This document shows positions 25,800 through 38,700 of a stretch of DNA of 64,000 nucleotides, in pieces. Within the stretch, counting starts at the first letter, position 1; every line of letters begins with the position of its first letter. The stretch spans positions 11,324,784-11,388,783 of the forward strand of contig CM121341.1 in NCBI GenBank assembly GCA_051530055.1, written 5' to 3'. The DNA comes from Neoechinorhynchus agilis. Taxonomy: Eukaryota > Animalia > Acanthocephala. The notes under the pieces were generated by a model. The model was not told where the DNA came from, made no database searches, and worked only from the letters and a program-made list of their open reading frames with translations. The translations under genes and the position numbers were made by a program.

Positions 25800-27120
25800 A
25801 CATCGATCTCAGGGATTATCGAAAAAAGGGGCTTCTTCCTATATTGTGGATTTTACGTATGAAAGCAAGCGAACTATGGTGTTTTCGATTGAAATTAAAT
25901 TCTCCCATTGAACATTTCCTTGTAGTTTTTGTCAGGGATTATCGAAAAAAAGGGCTACTTCCTATATAGTGGATTGTAGGTACGAAAACTAGCGAACGGT
26001 GGCGTCTTCCAATATAAAGAAATGCTCCCATTGAACATTTCCTTGTTGTTTTTGTTAGGAATTATCGAAAAAGGGGCTTCTTCCTAAATTGTGGACTTTA
26101 GGTTCTAAGATAAGCGAACGATAGCGTCTTCCAATATAAAGAAATGCTCCCATTGAACATTTCCTTGTTGTTTTTGTTAGGAATTATCGAAAAAAGGGGC
26201 CTCCTCCTAAATTGTGGATTTTTGGGTTCTAAGATAAGCGAACGATGGCGTCTTTAAAAACAAAGAAATTCTCCCATTGAACATTTCTTTGTATTTATTG
26301 TTAGGAATTATCGAAAAAAAGGGGCCTCTTCCTAAATTGTGGATTTTTGGGTTCTAAGATAAGCGAACGATGGCGTCTTTAAAAACAACGAAATTCTCCC
26401 ATTGAACATTTCTTTGTAGTTATTGTTAGGAATTATCGAAAAAAGGGGCCTCCTTAAATTGTGGATTTTTGGGTTCTAAGATAAGCGAACGATGGCGTTT
26501 TCCAAAACAAACAAATTCTCCCATTGAACATTTCTTTGTAGTTATTGTTAGGAATTATCGAAAAAAGGGGCCTCCTCCTAAATTGTGGATTTTTGGTTCT
26601 AAGATAAGCGAACGATGGCGTCTTCCAAAACAAACAAATTCTCCCATTGAACATTTCTTTGTAGTTATTGTTAGGAATTATCGAAAAAAGGGGCCTCCTC
26701 CTAAATTGTGGATTTTAGGTTCTAAGATAAGCGAACGATAGCGTCTTCCAAAACAAAGAAATGCTTCCATTGAACATTTCCTTGTAATTTTTCTTGGGAA
26801 CTATCGAAAAAAGGGGCCTCCTCCTAAATTGTGGATTTTAGGTTCTAAGATAAGCGAACGATAGCGTCTTCCAAAACAAAAAAATGCTTCCATTGAACAT
26901 TTCCTTGTAATTTTTGTTAGGAATGACTTTTTCCTAAATCCCGAATTTTAGGTACTAAGATAAGCGAACGATAGCGTCTTCCAATATAAAGAAATGCTTC
27001 TAATGAACATTGAACATTTCCTTGTAGTTTTTGTCAGGGATTATCGAAAAAGGGGGCTTCTTCCTGAGTAGTATATTTTCAGGTTCTAAGATAAGCGAAC
27101 TACGGCGTCTTTTAATATAA
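25800..27120. repeat. ~123-bp satellite, about 10.5 copies, most homogeneous in the middle
   Basis: CATTGAAC anchors at 25906, 26029, 26151, 26275, 26400, 26522, 26645, 26768, 26891 (spacing 122-125). Confidence 0.95.
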
Positions 27121-27869
27121 ATAAAATAATGATTTTTTGTTGGGTTCTAGTGACTTAGAACTTATTATACCGTTTGCTTGTGCGGTTGTGCAATTGGATT
27201 TTTTGTCGATAATCTTAAAATGGATTGCTAATTTGCAAAACATTGATTTATGGAATTAGACTGTTAGAACGTCATTTGTTACATTTACAAAAGTCATTTC
27301 TGATTTCTAATATCGTTTTTTGGTTCATATAAATCATTGCTTTAGTTGACGATAGATTCGCGACTCGAATTTCCATATCTGATTAGAGTTTTTAATCTGC
27401 AAATCGTATTCTAACTCGGTCAAAGTCTTTGTTTTTATTATCATGTGAGATTTTTAGTGCATATTTTTGCGTATTTTGAAAAATTCTTGATTTTTTCAAG
27501 TATTCTCGATAGTTTTTTAAACAAAATGAATCAGCTCGAAAGTGCATTGAATTGAAGTCGCAGGATTCCGAGAGTTTCTGAGTATCAGCCACGATCTGTA
27601 CCAGTTTGAAGAAAAGTTTGGTACCTTTTAAATAGCGGATACCATTACGCCACTAATTCTGAGGCCGTAATATTCGCAGAAATTTGGCACGAAATCGATT
27701 CCGTTAATCATTATTTTGTCAGGTTGAATAGGTAGCCGTTTCTCGGATCGCGAATGGACCAGTAGATGCGAAACGCTTAAACTAAGCGGTGTAATTAGAT
27801 TGCATAGACCAAAAAGCCCATTCGTGCACTCGGAGCCTTATTTTCTTAATAGTTTATACTTATAGACAC

Positions 27870-30436
27870 TCATGGAATATACGATACGCCGTTAAGCTCT
27901 ATATCTCTTTGTAAAAAGCCTTGCTCGATCATAATATCGAGACGTTCACTAAAGGACATTTCAGTGAGATCAAAATAATTCTCAAGTTGTGATCCGACTA
28001 TCCCGAATAAAACATTTTCTTGTACAACCTTGGCTTTTTTACAAGTCCGCACAATAGCAGCGTCGATTGCGTCCGTGTTCTCTTGTCTAGTTAATTCTTG
28101 ATTCGGTAATCCCGGCACCAAGGACTCATCTACTTTCTCAACCTTTACGAAATCCCACATACTCGCTAAATCCATTGTGTACGTCGGAGCCGTAAGCTCA
28201 TTTAAAACATATCCATTTTTAGTTCTATGGATCACCTTGAACAATTCTAGGGTTGCAAGTGCACGCTGAACTACTTCCTCATTGATTCCTGTTGTGGAAA
28301 CAACGTTCATCGTCGTCAAATAAGTCTCGCTGCCGAGAGGAAAACACTGCAAGACTTTTAATTGATATCCATTTAGGATCATTAATGCAGCGTTTTTGCT
28401 GAACATACTACAATGAAATCTACTTTGTTCTGGAGAATAGCAAAGTTGAACATCCGGATCGTATGAAGTGCACTGACGAAACTTTGAAAGCTGTTGAATT
28501 GCGTCCATTGGCATTTCATCAATCGATTGATTTCCAAAGTTCAAGAACTCGGGTATAGGGAAAAACTCGGTTATAACTCCATCTTCGTCAATCGAGTCAG
28601 CATGCTCTTTCCATTTATGATCCGCTTCACGTAAAATCGATAATGCGTGGACTAATTTTATCTCATGTTCGGTTACTTCCTCACCGTAGTCTTTGAAAGA
28701 TCCGCGACGTTCTAAAAGCCCGTTCTCGTCATTCGTCATGAATTGATTTAGTGCATATTTATTGTAAGCAATACAAAATCGGTCAAAATTAGGGATATAC
28801 CTTATTGCTACCGAAAGACGGTCAATTGTTTCTTCACTTTTATCCAATCGCTGAATGAAATCGGCCAAAAATGTTTCATACCATCGATAGCAGAAATCTA
28901 GTTGATTCTTAACAACCATCGCAAAATCCTTGAGCCACTTTGGGTCACACATCATAAATAACTTTTTGAGCAGAGAGTAATATTCATATATCGTTGTAAT
29001 CAATTCGTCAAAATTTCGGTAGTTGTCCATTTTGCAGGAGTAGACATCCTCTGATATCTTGTCTACATCAGCGCTGGACAACATGTTTAAGACTGCCCAA
29101 TGCAAAAATTCGAATTGAAGAAATCTCACAATATTATACGCTCGTTAAAATCAATACTCGCGGACAAATTTACAATCACGATTAGTGCACGGGGAAAAAC
29201 GGTTCCGTTCTTTTTTGGGTGCAACTTTCTCGCCTTCGAAGGGTTCGAGAAAATTTTTCCAAGGTCTTAACACGTTCAATGGTTCTAACGGACTATTTTG
29301 CCCCGACTTTGCTTGCTGAGGAATTCGATAAATTATCAGCTACTATTAGAATTGTGAAAATTACAGTAAGGAACATAGCGATCAAGTTACAAGCTCTCAT
29401 GCAAACATTAGCCAGCAATCCCCACCACGGATATTCCCACCCGAACGGGCATCCTCCAACCTCACCAAATCCGTATTCCATAGATTCAATCCAATATTTT
29501 TTATCGTTAAAATAACGATTACACTATCTTCACCAAAAACAATGACAAATGAGAACCCAAAGGTACATGAGTCAATTCTTGTAATCTAAGAAACAAAATA
29601 AACGTGTTATTATTAAGTTAAAAATCAGTAGCTCTCAAGTAACTTTGAAAGCAATTAAATTTAGTATAATAGCACAAAATTGCCCAATGCTGATTTATGT
29701 GTACTCTGATTTGATCTTCCACTTCCTTCAAAACCTGTGCTCTTTTCTCGCCATCGTCGAATTCCCAATAATTGATGCCATATTCATGTTGAACATTTAT
29801 CAAAGATTTTAGTGGGTTGTTTAAAAGAAAGATATGTCTCAAGATTTCTGTTTTAATTAATTTCAAAGTTCCTTTCTTTATTGAACCATCCTCAAATTTT
29901 TTTAACTTACAGAACTTTAGGTTAGGTATACTTTGAAAGTAGGACAAAAATACGTTTTCAAATAATTTTTCGTAAAACCCATATCTAGATAGCATATCGA
30001 TGAAACTGTCCAGAACATAATCCATTGAACTATCGATGTTTTCAACTTCACTTTGGATTGACGACCTGATTTTGAGCACAATCCGTTCGTGTATAGGTCC
30101 AATAACAATCGTCCGAAACCATTGTCGCAATGATTCAGCTTTAAGTGAGAAAAGTTGTATGATTTGGCTGTACTCATGTTCAAGTTTTAGAACTTCTCGC
30201 AGTAGAATCTCCGAAGATGTTTTTATTAACTTCTTTGCATGATTTCGGAGATATCGCTTAGAGTGTAGATCCACAAATCGATTGAGCTTAGTTCGTTCAC
30301 TACTCGACAGATTATTAGGGTTAAGGTCATTGAAATGAGTCCAGTAGGAAACTGTGAATTTGCCTTTGTTAGATCTAAAGATCCTGTGGAGACCTACACA
30401 CCAATGATCGATTCGGTTATCGTTCATGCTTTTCAT
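27870..30436 (-). CDS. Highly divergent cullin-family protein (at least two exons: ~30436-29700 and ~29120-27870)
   Basis: C-terminal neddylation domain ENTDAIDAAIVRTCKKAK...SERLDIMIEQGFLQRD...VSYIP. Cullin-repeat-like WFRTIVIGPIHERIVLKIRSSI and VLDSFIDMLSRYGFYEKLFENVFL. Exact splice sites not resolved. Confidence 0.78.
29430..29615. repeat. Dispersed repeat inside the cullin intron; relatives at ~31270-31420, 44531-44900 and ~48990-49040
   Basis: GAGAACCCAAAGGTACATGAGTC...AATAAACGTGTTATTATT matches the arm of the 44531-44843 foldback. GATTTTGGAG(T/G)GGATTACG and GGTTATTGTT...CTTTCCTCAGGTTTATTTC are shared between 31290-31420 and 44700-44910. Confidence 0.6.
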
Positions 30437-30600
30437 CGTTCTCGTACACTTGTGAAATTGCTACGTTGCTGCCATGGAAACGATATGGAATTTAAAGACT
30501 ACGAATTCATTGTAGTTTATGAGGCATCAATTTACACTTTTAGATCAACTTTATTTTTACGCTCAAATTATTTAAAGAAAATTTCAAAGTTTAACCAGTA

Positions 30601-30939
30601 ATGTTATTGTTTAAGTCGCTTGTCGGCACCCGAGGGAGATCGTTAAAGACGAATATATTTCGAATGGTTGAATCGGTCATTGTAAATTCAATCTGAAATT
30701 ACAGAGGGATTCGTCACAGCACACAAGATTGTTCATTTTGACTAGGGACCCGGAATCGTCAACCCCGTAGGCAAAGACCAGCTTCCCTGAGTGTGTTTAG
30801 GCAAACTAAAGGTAGTTGGAGGGAAACTTTCTTTGTTCCCTTCCAATTTTAGATTGAATTGACAATGACCGATTCGATCGGTCGAAATGTATTTAACGAT
30901 CTCCCTCGGGTGCCGACAAGCGACCTAAACAATAACATA
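30601..30939. repeat. ~340-bp foldback element with ~95-bp inverted arms upstream of the cullin gene
   Basis: ATGTTATTGTTTAAGTCGCTTGTCGGCACCCGAGGGAGATCGTTAAA (30601) is the reverse complement, with one mismatch, of the sequence ending at 30939. Arms continue to GAAATT/AATTTT. Confidence 0.88.
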
Positions 30940-31560
30940 TCCCACCACTCGAATGCAATCCTCAATTTAACCAGTAAATTGGAAAAATCGTAAAAAAAGC
31001 TTGCAAAAATCTTCTTAGGTTGCGTTCGAGTACGCATAAATTTCACTCCGACAACAAGCGTTCAAAACAGCAAAACTCGCTGCATATTTCTGTCAATCCT
31101 AAAAAATCTGTGGCAGAAAATAAGTTCACACTGGAAAGTAATTAAAGAATCAACGATTAAGATTTCGTCACTTTTATCTTTTTTTAATGATGAGAATTTA
31201 ATAACAGGCAATGTCAAAGATAAGATCACCTTTTAGTAAATAATCAATGACGAGATTAAGCAACAATCGAGGGACGTTCAAATCGGAGATGAATGCGGTT
31301 GTTGATTTTGGAGTGGATTACGGGTTCGGTTGGGTGAGAAGCTTCGGTCGAGTGAAAAAGTGGATGGTTATTGTTTGTAGGAGCGCTTGTAAGGTTGGGT
31401 CTTTCCTCAGGTTTATTTCGGGAAATGATTTCCGAGAAAATTAGGCATTATGGAAAAAGGAGTGGCTTAGCGAAAGAGCCAAAGGGATCTCTTTTATTAC
31501 TAACAAAGCATGGGTTAATTTCTCGTTTATTAAAAAGGATACATTCCGATCAAACTCTCT

Positions 31561-32336
31561 TCACTTCTTTAGTAGTTTTTGTAAAGCAGCGCGTTGTCCG
31601 GTCATTCGAGATTCGACCATTTCTGAACTATTCTTGATATTTGAAATAACAGAATTCTGTCGGTCGATCTCCTCGCCCATATTAGTAGCCAAACCTTTTA
31701 GTCGCGACAAGTACGATGACATGTCATCTAAAAACAGCAAGTATTTCTAATTGTTAAATCGAGTCCTTCAGACACACTCACTTAGATTTTGTTCAACCTC
31801 TTTCTCTCGATCAGATCCGGTTAGTGAACGAAAGGCGTTACCGTGACTAGATTTCGTCTGCAGTTTAAGCCAATAGACAACAGAAATCAATCACACTTAT
31901 CACCGCCAGGCACTGAAGCCGCCGCCATCGCGGATGATCGATTCACGTCTACGTTACCGGCACTCGCATTCAAATATTTACTAAGATTCGAATCGTTGCT
32001 TTTCGATGGAGTTAGTTTATTTTTGGATGATGTTCCAAAGATCGATTTTGTAGAACCGAACACTTTAGCTCCAAATGCTCCGAACGGACTCTTTAACTTT
32101 GAAATGTTCTTTTGAGTGGCACTCAACCCGGTGTCGATATGGCCCAACTTCTTATCAATCCTTTCCAAAGCCTCACCTTGCAAAATCAATTCCTTTGCAC
32201 TCTCAACTCCGACATCCTCGCTTTCGGCTAACATATTTAAAGCTCGCCGTGTACTGTCTAGCATACTGTCTTCCAACTCATTTTTCTTTATCGATATCGA
32301 ATATTGCTTATTATCTTCGTCGAATGGATTGGCCAT
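31561..32336 (-). CDS. SNAP29: SNAP29-like Qbc SNARE, three exons
   Basis: N-terminal MANPFDED (NPF motif). Qb helix DSMLDSTRRALNMLAESEDVGVESAKELILQGEALERID. Spliced Qc helix SDREKEVEQNL|NDMSSYLSRLKGLATNMGEEIDRQNSVISNI...LLKK*. First donor site uncertain. Confidence 0.88.
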
Positions 32337-32709
32337 ATCTTTAAGAAAAGAAGGAAGCAAAAAAAGAAATGAGCGTACGCAGACGTCTTTTTATGCGCGA
32401 AAATGAGACGAGGTTGTAAAAAGGAAACGTGAATAGGAATTTGATAAGTGACAACAAGAAAATGTAGAAAATTGACGGACTTCAATTAAAACGCTTTGAA
32501 TTCGACCAACAAGAAAACGAGCATAACTGACTTCTTAAAAAGAACATTAACACTTTTGTGTCAATCTTCATTAATCAAAGGAAACAGGCGATTACTTAAG
32601 CATCTATCATCCCCGCACTTCCGTGCTATTAGCCGTGCACCTTGATGGAGATTTTCGCTAAAGAACTCTCACTGCGAAAAACAGCTTCTTTACTTTCTCT
32701 CTGATATCG

Positions 32710-34655
32710 AAACATTTTAACTACCTGAAGAAGTCCTACGAAACGGACGAAATATTGTAAAAAAGAATTAATAAATCTCTAAACTAGACGAAATGAAATA
32801 CATCCATGAACAAATTCTTTACAGCAACCAAACAGATCCTTGGTTTATCTGTTTACTAAAAAAATCAAAATTGTAAACTGAGATTTCAGTGCGAATTAAA
32901 CACTTTTACAACCTGAAGAAGTTCTACGAAACGGACGAAATATTGTAAAAAAAGAATTAATAAATCTCTAAATCAGACGAAATAAAATACATCCATGAAC
33001 AAATTCTTTACAACAACCAAACAGATCCTTGGTTTATCTCTTTATTAAAAAAATCAAAACTGTGGACTGAGATTTCCAGTGCGGATTAAACACTTTTACA
33101 ACCTGAAGAAGTCCTACGAAAAGGACGAAATATTGTAAAAAAAGAATTAATAAATCTCTAAACCAGACGAAATGAAATACATCCATGAACAAATTCTTTA
33201 CAACAAAAAACAGATCCTTGGTTTATCTGTTTACTAAAAAAATCAAAATTGTAAACTAAGATTCCAGTGCGAATTAAACACTTTTACAACCTGAAGAAGT
33301 CCTACGAAACGGACGAAATATTGTAAAAAAGAATTAATAAATCTCTAAATCAGACGAAATAAAATACATCCATGAACAAATTCTTTACAACAACCAAACA
33401 GATCCTTGGTTTATCTCTTTATTAAAAAAATCAAAACTGTGGACTGAGATTTCCAGTGCGGATTAAACACTTTTACAACCTGAAGAAGTCCTACGAAAAG
33501 GACGAAATATTGTAAAAAAAGAATTAATAAATCTCTAAATCAGACGAAATGAAATACATCCATGAACAAATTCTTTACAACAACAAACAGATCCTTGGTT
33601 TATCTGTTTACTAAAAAAATCAAAATTGTAAACTGAGATTCCAGTGCGAATTAAACACTTTTACAACCTGAAGAAGTCCTACGAAACGGACGAAATATTG
33701 TAAAAAAGAATTAATAAATCTCTAAATCAGACGAAATAAAATACATCCATGAACAAATTCTTTACAACAACAAACAGATCCTTGGTTTATCTCTTTATTA
33801 AAAAATCAAAACTGTGGACTGAGATTTCCAGTGCGGATTAAACACTTTTACAACCTGAAGAAGTCCTACGAAAAGGACGAAATATTGTAAAAGAATTAAT
33901 AAATCTCTAAACCAGACGAAATGAAATACATCCATGAACAAATTCTTTACAACAAAAAACAGATCCTTGGTTTATCTGTTTACTAAAAAAATCAAAATTG
34001 TAAACTAAGATTCCAGTGCGAATTAAACACTTTTACAACCTGAAGAAGTCCTACGAAAGGACGAAATATTGTAAAAAAGAATTAATAAATCTCTAAATCA
34101 GACGAAATAAAATACATCCATGAACAAATTCTTTACAACAACCAAACAGATCCTTGGTTTATCTCTTTATTAAAAAAATCAAAACTGTGGACTGAGATTT
34201 GCGGTTAAACACTTTTACAACCTGAAGAAGTCCTACGAAAGGACGAAATATTGTAAAAAAAGAATTAATAAATCTCTAAATCAGACGAAATAAAATACAT
34301 CCATGAACAAATTCTTTACAACAACAAACAGATCCTTGGTTTATCTCTTTATTAAAAAAATCAAAACTGTGGACTGAGATTTCCAGTGCGGATTAAACAC
34401 TTTTACAACCTGAAGAAGTCCTACGAAAAGGACGAAATATTGTTACAAAAGGAATTAATAAATCTCTAAATCAGACGAAATGAAATACATCCATGAACAA
34501 ATTCTTTACAACAGCCAAACAGATCCTTGGTTTATCTGTTTATTAAAAAATCAAAATTATGGACTGACGTTCCAGTGCGGATTAAACACCTTTACAACCT
34601 GAAGAAGTCTTACAAAACGGGCGAAATATTGTCAAAAAAGGAATTAATAAATTTC
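32710..34655 (+). repeat. ~188-bp tandem array with A/B dimeric higher-order pattern; each unit holds a minimal type I hammerhead ribozyme motif (retrozyme-like satellite)
   Basis: Eleven CTGAAGA cores at 32725, 32913, 33103, 33291, 33480, 33668, 33855, 34040, 34222, 34410, 34599, each followed by A-GTCC(T)-loop-(A)GGAC-GAAA-TATT-GT. Variants CTGTTTACT...TTGTAAACT and CTCTTTATT...CTGTGGACT alternate. Confidence 0.9.
33094..33140 (+). ncRNA. Representative minimal type I hammerhead ribozyme of the 188-bp array
   Basis: TTTTACAA(C) CTGAAGA A GTCCT ACGAAA AGGAC GAAA TATT GTAAAA: canonical core, 5-bp stem II, palindromic AUAU stem III, stem I TTTTAC(AA)/(TT)GTAAAA. Cleavage triplet (AUU or AUA) is non-optimal and the stem I register is ambiguous. 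Confidence 0.7.
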
Positions 34656-35719
34656 TATATTACAAAATATATTAGAAATTCTTCAACTGCGCTTCAAAAT
34701 CAGAGCGTCCTACATTCACTTTCAAATGAGCGATTTAACCTTTATCCTGGCAATGGAATTTCATTTCTAAAAATTTGCCTTTTAAACCTCAACCTTCCCT
34801 ATTTTATATTGATTCTTTAACATTGACCGAAATTGGCAGAAATCGCGTCACGTCGTAGTCTGCGAGAAAAAATACTGGCAAAAAATGACAAAAACGAAAC
34901 CCCGTTGAGCCTGAGGTTTAAAAAACGTATCTTAAGGAATGAAGTTAACTCACATTTCCGGCTGATCCTGCTTATAACCTTTATTGGTTTCTTATGCTTA
35001 AAACCCTTTATTCTAAGTGTTGAAGTGAGTCGTTTTTCAAGGCTGATAGTTTTCCCTGGGCACACAGCCCAGGAACAAATTATTCGTCATGGACTTCAGC
35101 ATTTAGAATAGTGAGAAGAACCCTCTAAATCAATGGAATTCTTGAAAACATAGTCCTTTGATACGCCTTTCCTCTTGTCTTAACCCCTAGCAATTTCCGG
35201 TGCCACTAAGCAGTCGGTAATTGCTTGGAGTGTGCTACAAATAGATTGAAAAATTTTCGCGGGCTCATTTTACACCCGTTACCTAGGACTTGTACGGCTA
35301 AACACGATTGCGTGACAAAAGATGACGTACCGATGAAATAATCAAGTTTTCGAAAATGGTCACTTGAGCTGTTCTAATCGAAGAAGAAAATATTTTTTTT
35401 CGAGAGTTTTCGCCGACTTACGGCGTAAGCTTAGAAGTTGTTTCGCAAAGAAAAAGATCTTGCTTTCAGCATTTCAACATCCCCATTTTCGAACACTTAG
35501 ACTCTTAAATATGAATAGCTCCGGGGCGCGCACACACTCACACAATCCACCTCGACCAAATGAACGAAGGAAATCAAAGTAGTGATTTTAAAGTAAAGTA
35601 ATTGCACGTTGCTTCGTACTCGATCCAGCGGTCGGCGATAAGGCATTATGAAAAGGTCGTTTGATGACCCCTTAAGTATCTAAACATTTGCAAAGTTTTT
35701 AGATATCTCGTACGCGTCA

Positions 35720-38700
35720 TCTTTCAAAATATCTCAATACGTTTTATCCGGGGAGGGGATTATGATCAACACAATGCTTTTATCAAAAAGGATTTCCTCT
35801 CTCGCTCTTGATGATTAAAGAATGCTTAACAAACTGGAAAATGAGTCAGAACTCCAAAATGTGGTTCAAATACCTTCGAGAAATATTGGCAAAATGCCAT
35901 TAGGTAAAAACGATAGATCGCATTTTGATATTGAAGCACAAAAAGATTTCGAATATCGTTAAAGTGCGCTTCTTTAATCGATGACAAAAGAGCTTGGCGA
36001 TATACGACCACTTTTTTTCTATTATAACGCTAAAAATCTTTTATTTTCGAAATAATTACTGATGAGATGAGACTTCTAAATATCTCAATATGTTTTATCC
36101 GGGGATGGGGATTATGATCAACACAACGCTATTATCCCAAAGGATTTCCTCTCTCGCTCTTGATGATTAAAGAATGCTTAACAAACTGGAAAATAAGTCA
36201 GAACCCCAGAATGTGGTTCAAATGCCTTCAAGAATTATTGGCACAATGCCATTAGGTAAAAACGATGGATCGCATTTTGATATTGAAGCACAAAAAGATT
36301 TCGAATATCGCTAAAGTGCGCTTCTTTAATCGATGACAAAAGAGCTTGGCGATATACGACCACTTTTTTCAATTATAACGCTAAAAATCTTTTATTTTCG
36401 AAATAATGACTGATGAGATGAGACTTCTAAATATCTCAATATGTTTTATCCGGGGAAGGGGATTATGATCAACACAACGCTATTATCCCAAAGGATTCCC
36501 CTCTCGGTCTTGATGATTAAAGAATGCTTAACAAACTGGAAAATAAGTCAGAACCCCAGAATGTGGTTCAAATGCCTTCAAGAATTATTGGCACAATGCC
36601 ATTAGGTAAAAACGATGGATCGCATTTTGATATTGAAGCACAAAAAGATTTCGAATATCGCTAAAGTGCGCTTCTTTAATCGATGACAAAAGAGCTTGGC
36701 GATATACGACCACTTTTTTCAATTATAACGCTAAAAATCTTTTATTTTCGAAATAATGACTGATGAGATGAGACTTCTAAATATCTCAATATGTTTTATC
36801 CGGGGAAGGGGATTATGATCAACACAACGCTATTATCCCAAAGGATTCCCCTCTCGGTCTTGATGATTAAAGAATGCTTAACAAACTGGAAAATCAGTGC
36901 GAACTCCAAAATGTGGTTCAAATACAATCGAGAAATTTTGGCAAAATGCCATTAGGTAAAAACGATGGATCGCATTTTGATATTGAAGCACAAAAGATTT
37001 CGAATATCGTTCAAGTGCGCTTCTTTAATCGATGACAAAAGAGCTTGGCGATATACGACCACTTTTTTCAATTATAACGCTAAAAATCTTTTATTTTCGA
37101 AATAATTACTGATGAGATGTGACTTCTAAATATCTCAATACGTTTTATCCGGGGATGGGGATTATGATCAACATAACGCTATTATCCCAAAGGATTCCCT
37201 TCTCGGTCTAGATGATTAAAGAATGCTTAACAAACTGGAAAATAAGTCAGAACCCCAGAATGTGGTTCAAATGCCTTCAAGAATTATTGGCACAATGCCA
37301 TTAGGTAAAAACGATGGATCGCATTTTGATATTGAAGCACAAAAAGATTTCGAATATCGTTAAAGTTCGCTTCTTTAATCGATGACCAAAGAGTTTGGCG
37401 ATATACGACTACTTTTTTCAATTAAAACGCTAAAAATCTTTTATTTTCGAAATAATTACTGATGAGATGTGACTTCTAAATATCTCAATACGTTTTATCC
37501 GGGGATGGGGATTATTATCAACACAACGCTATTATCCCAAAGGATTCCCTTCTCGGTCTTGATGATTAAAGAATGCTTAACAAACTGGACAATAAGTCAG
37601 AACCCCAGAATGTGGTTCAAATGCCTTCAAGAATTATTGGACAATGCCATTAGGTAAAAATGATGGGTCGCATTTTAATATTGAAGCACAAAAAGATTTC
37701 GAATATCGTTAAAGTTCGCTTCTTTAATCGATGACCAAAGAGTTTGGCGATATACGACTACTTTTTTCAATTAAAACGCTAAAAATCTTTTATTTTCGAA
37801 ATAATTACTGATGAGATGAGACTTCTAAATATCTCAATACGTTTTATCCGGAAAGGGCATTATGATCAACACAACGCTATTATCCCAAAGGATTTCCTCT
37901 CTCGCTCTCGATGATTAAAGAATGCTTAACAAACTGGAAAATCAGTGCGAACTCCAAAATGTGATTCAAATACCTTCGAGAATTATTGGCAAATGCCATT
38001 AGGTAAAAAGATGGATCGCATTTTAATATTGAAGCACAAAAAGATTTCGAATATCGTTAAAGTTCGCTTCTTTAATCGATGACAAAGATTTGGCGATATA
38101 CGACTACTTTTTTCAATTATAACGCTAAAAATCTTTTATTTTCGAAATAATGACTGATGAGATGAGACTTCTAAATATCTCAATACGTTTTATCCGGGGA
38201 TGGGATTATGATCAACACAACGCTATTATCCCAAAGGATTTCCCCTCTCGCTCTTGATGATTAAAGAATGCTTAACAAACTGGAAAATCAGTGCGAACTC
38301 CAAAATGTGATTCAAATACCTTCGAGAAATATTGGCAAAATGCCATTAGGTAAAAAAGATGGGTCGCATTTTAATATTGAAGCACAAAAAGATTTCGAAT
38401 ATCGTTAAAGTGCGCTTCTTTAATCGATGACAAAAGAGTTTGGCGATATACGACTACTTTTTTCAATTATAACGCTAAAAATCTTTTATTTTCGAAATAA
38501 TGACTGATGAGATGAGACTTCTAAATATCTCAATACGTTTTATCCGGGGAGGGGATTATGATCAACACAACGCTATTATCCCAAAGGATTTCCTCTCTCG
38601 CTCTTGATGATTAAAGAATGCTTAACAAACTGGAAAATAAGTGCGAACTCCAAAATGTGATTCAAATACCTTCGAGAAATATTGGCACAATGCCATTAGG

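Noticed and set aside
26454-26741. ORFs with 41-aa repeats in the 123-bp array; ATTTTTGG Sm-site-like motif
   Set aside because: Flanking units have stops and frameshifts. The Sm-like motif is only in central copies and has no convincing upstream donor.
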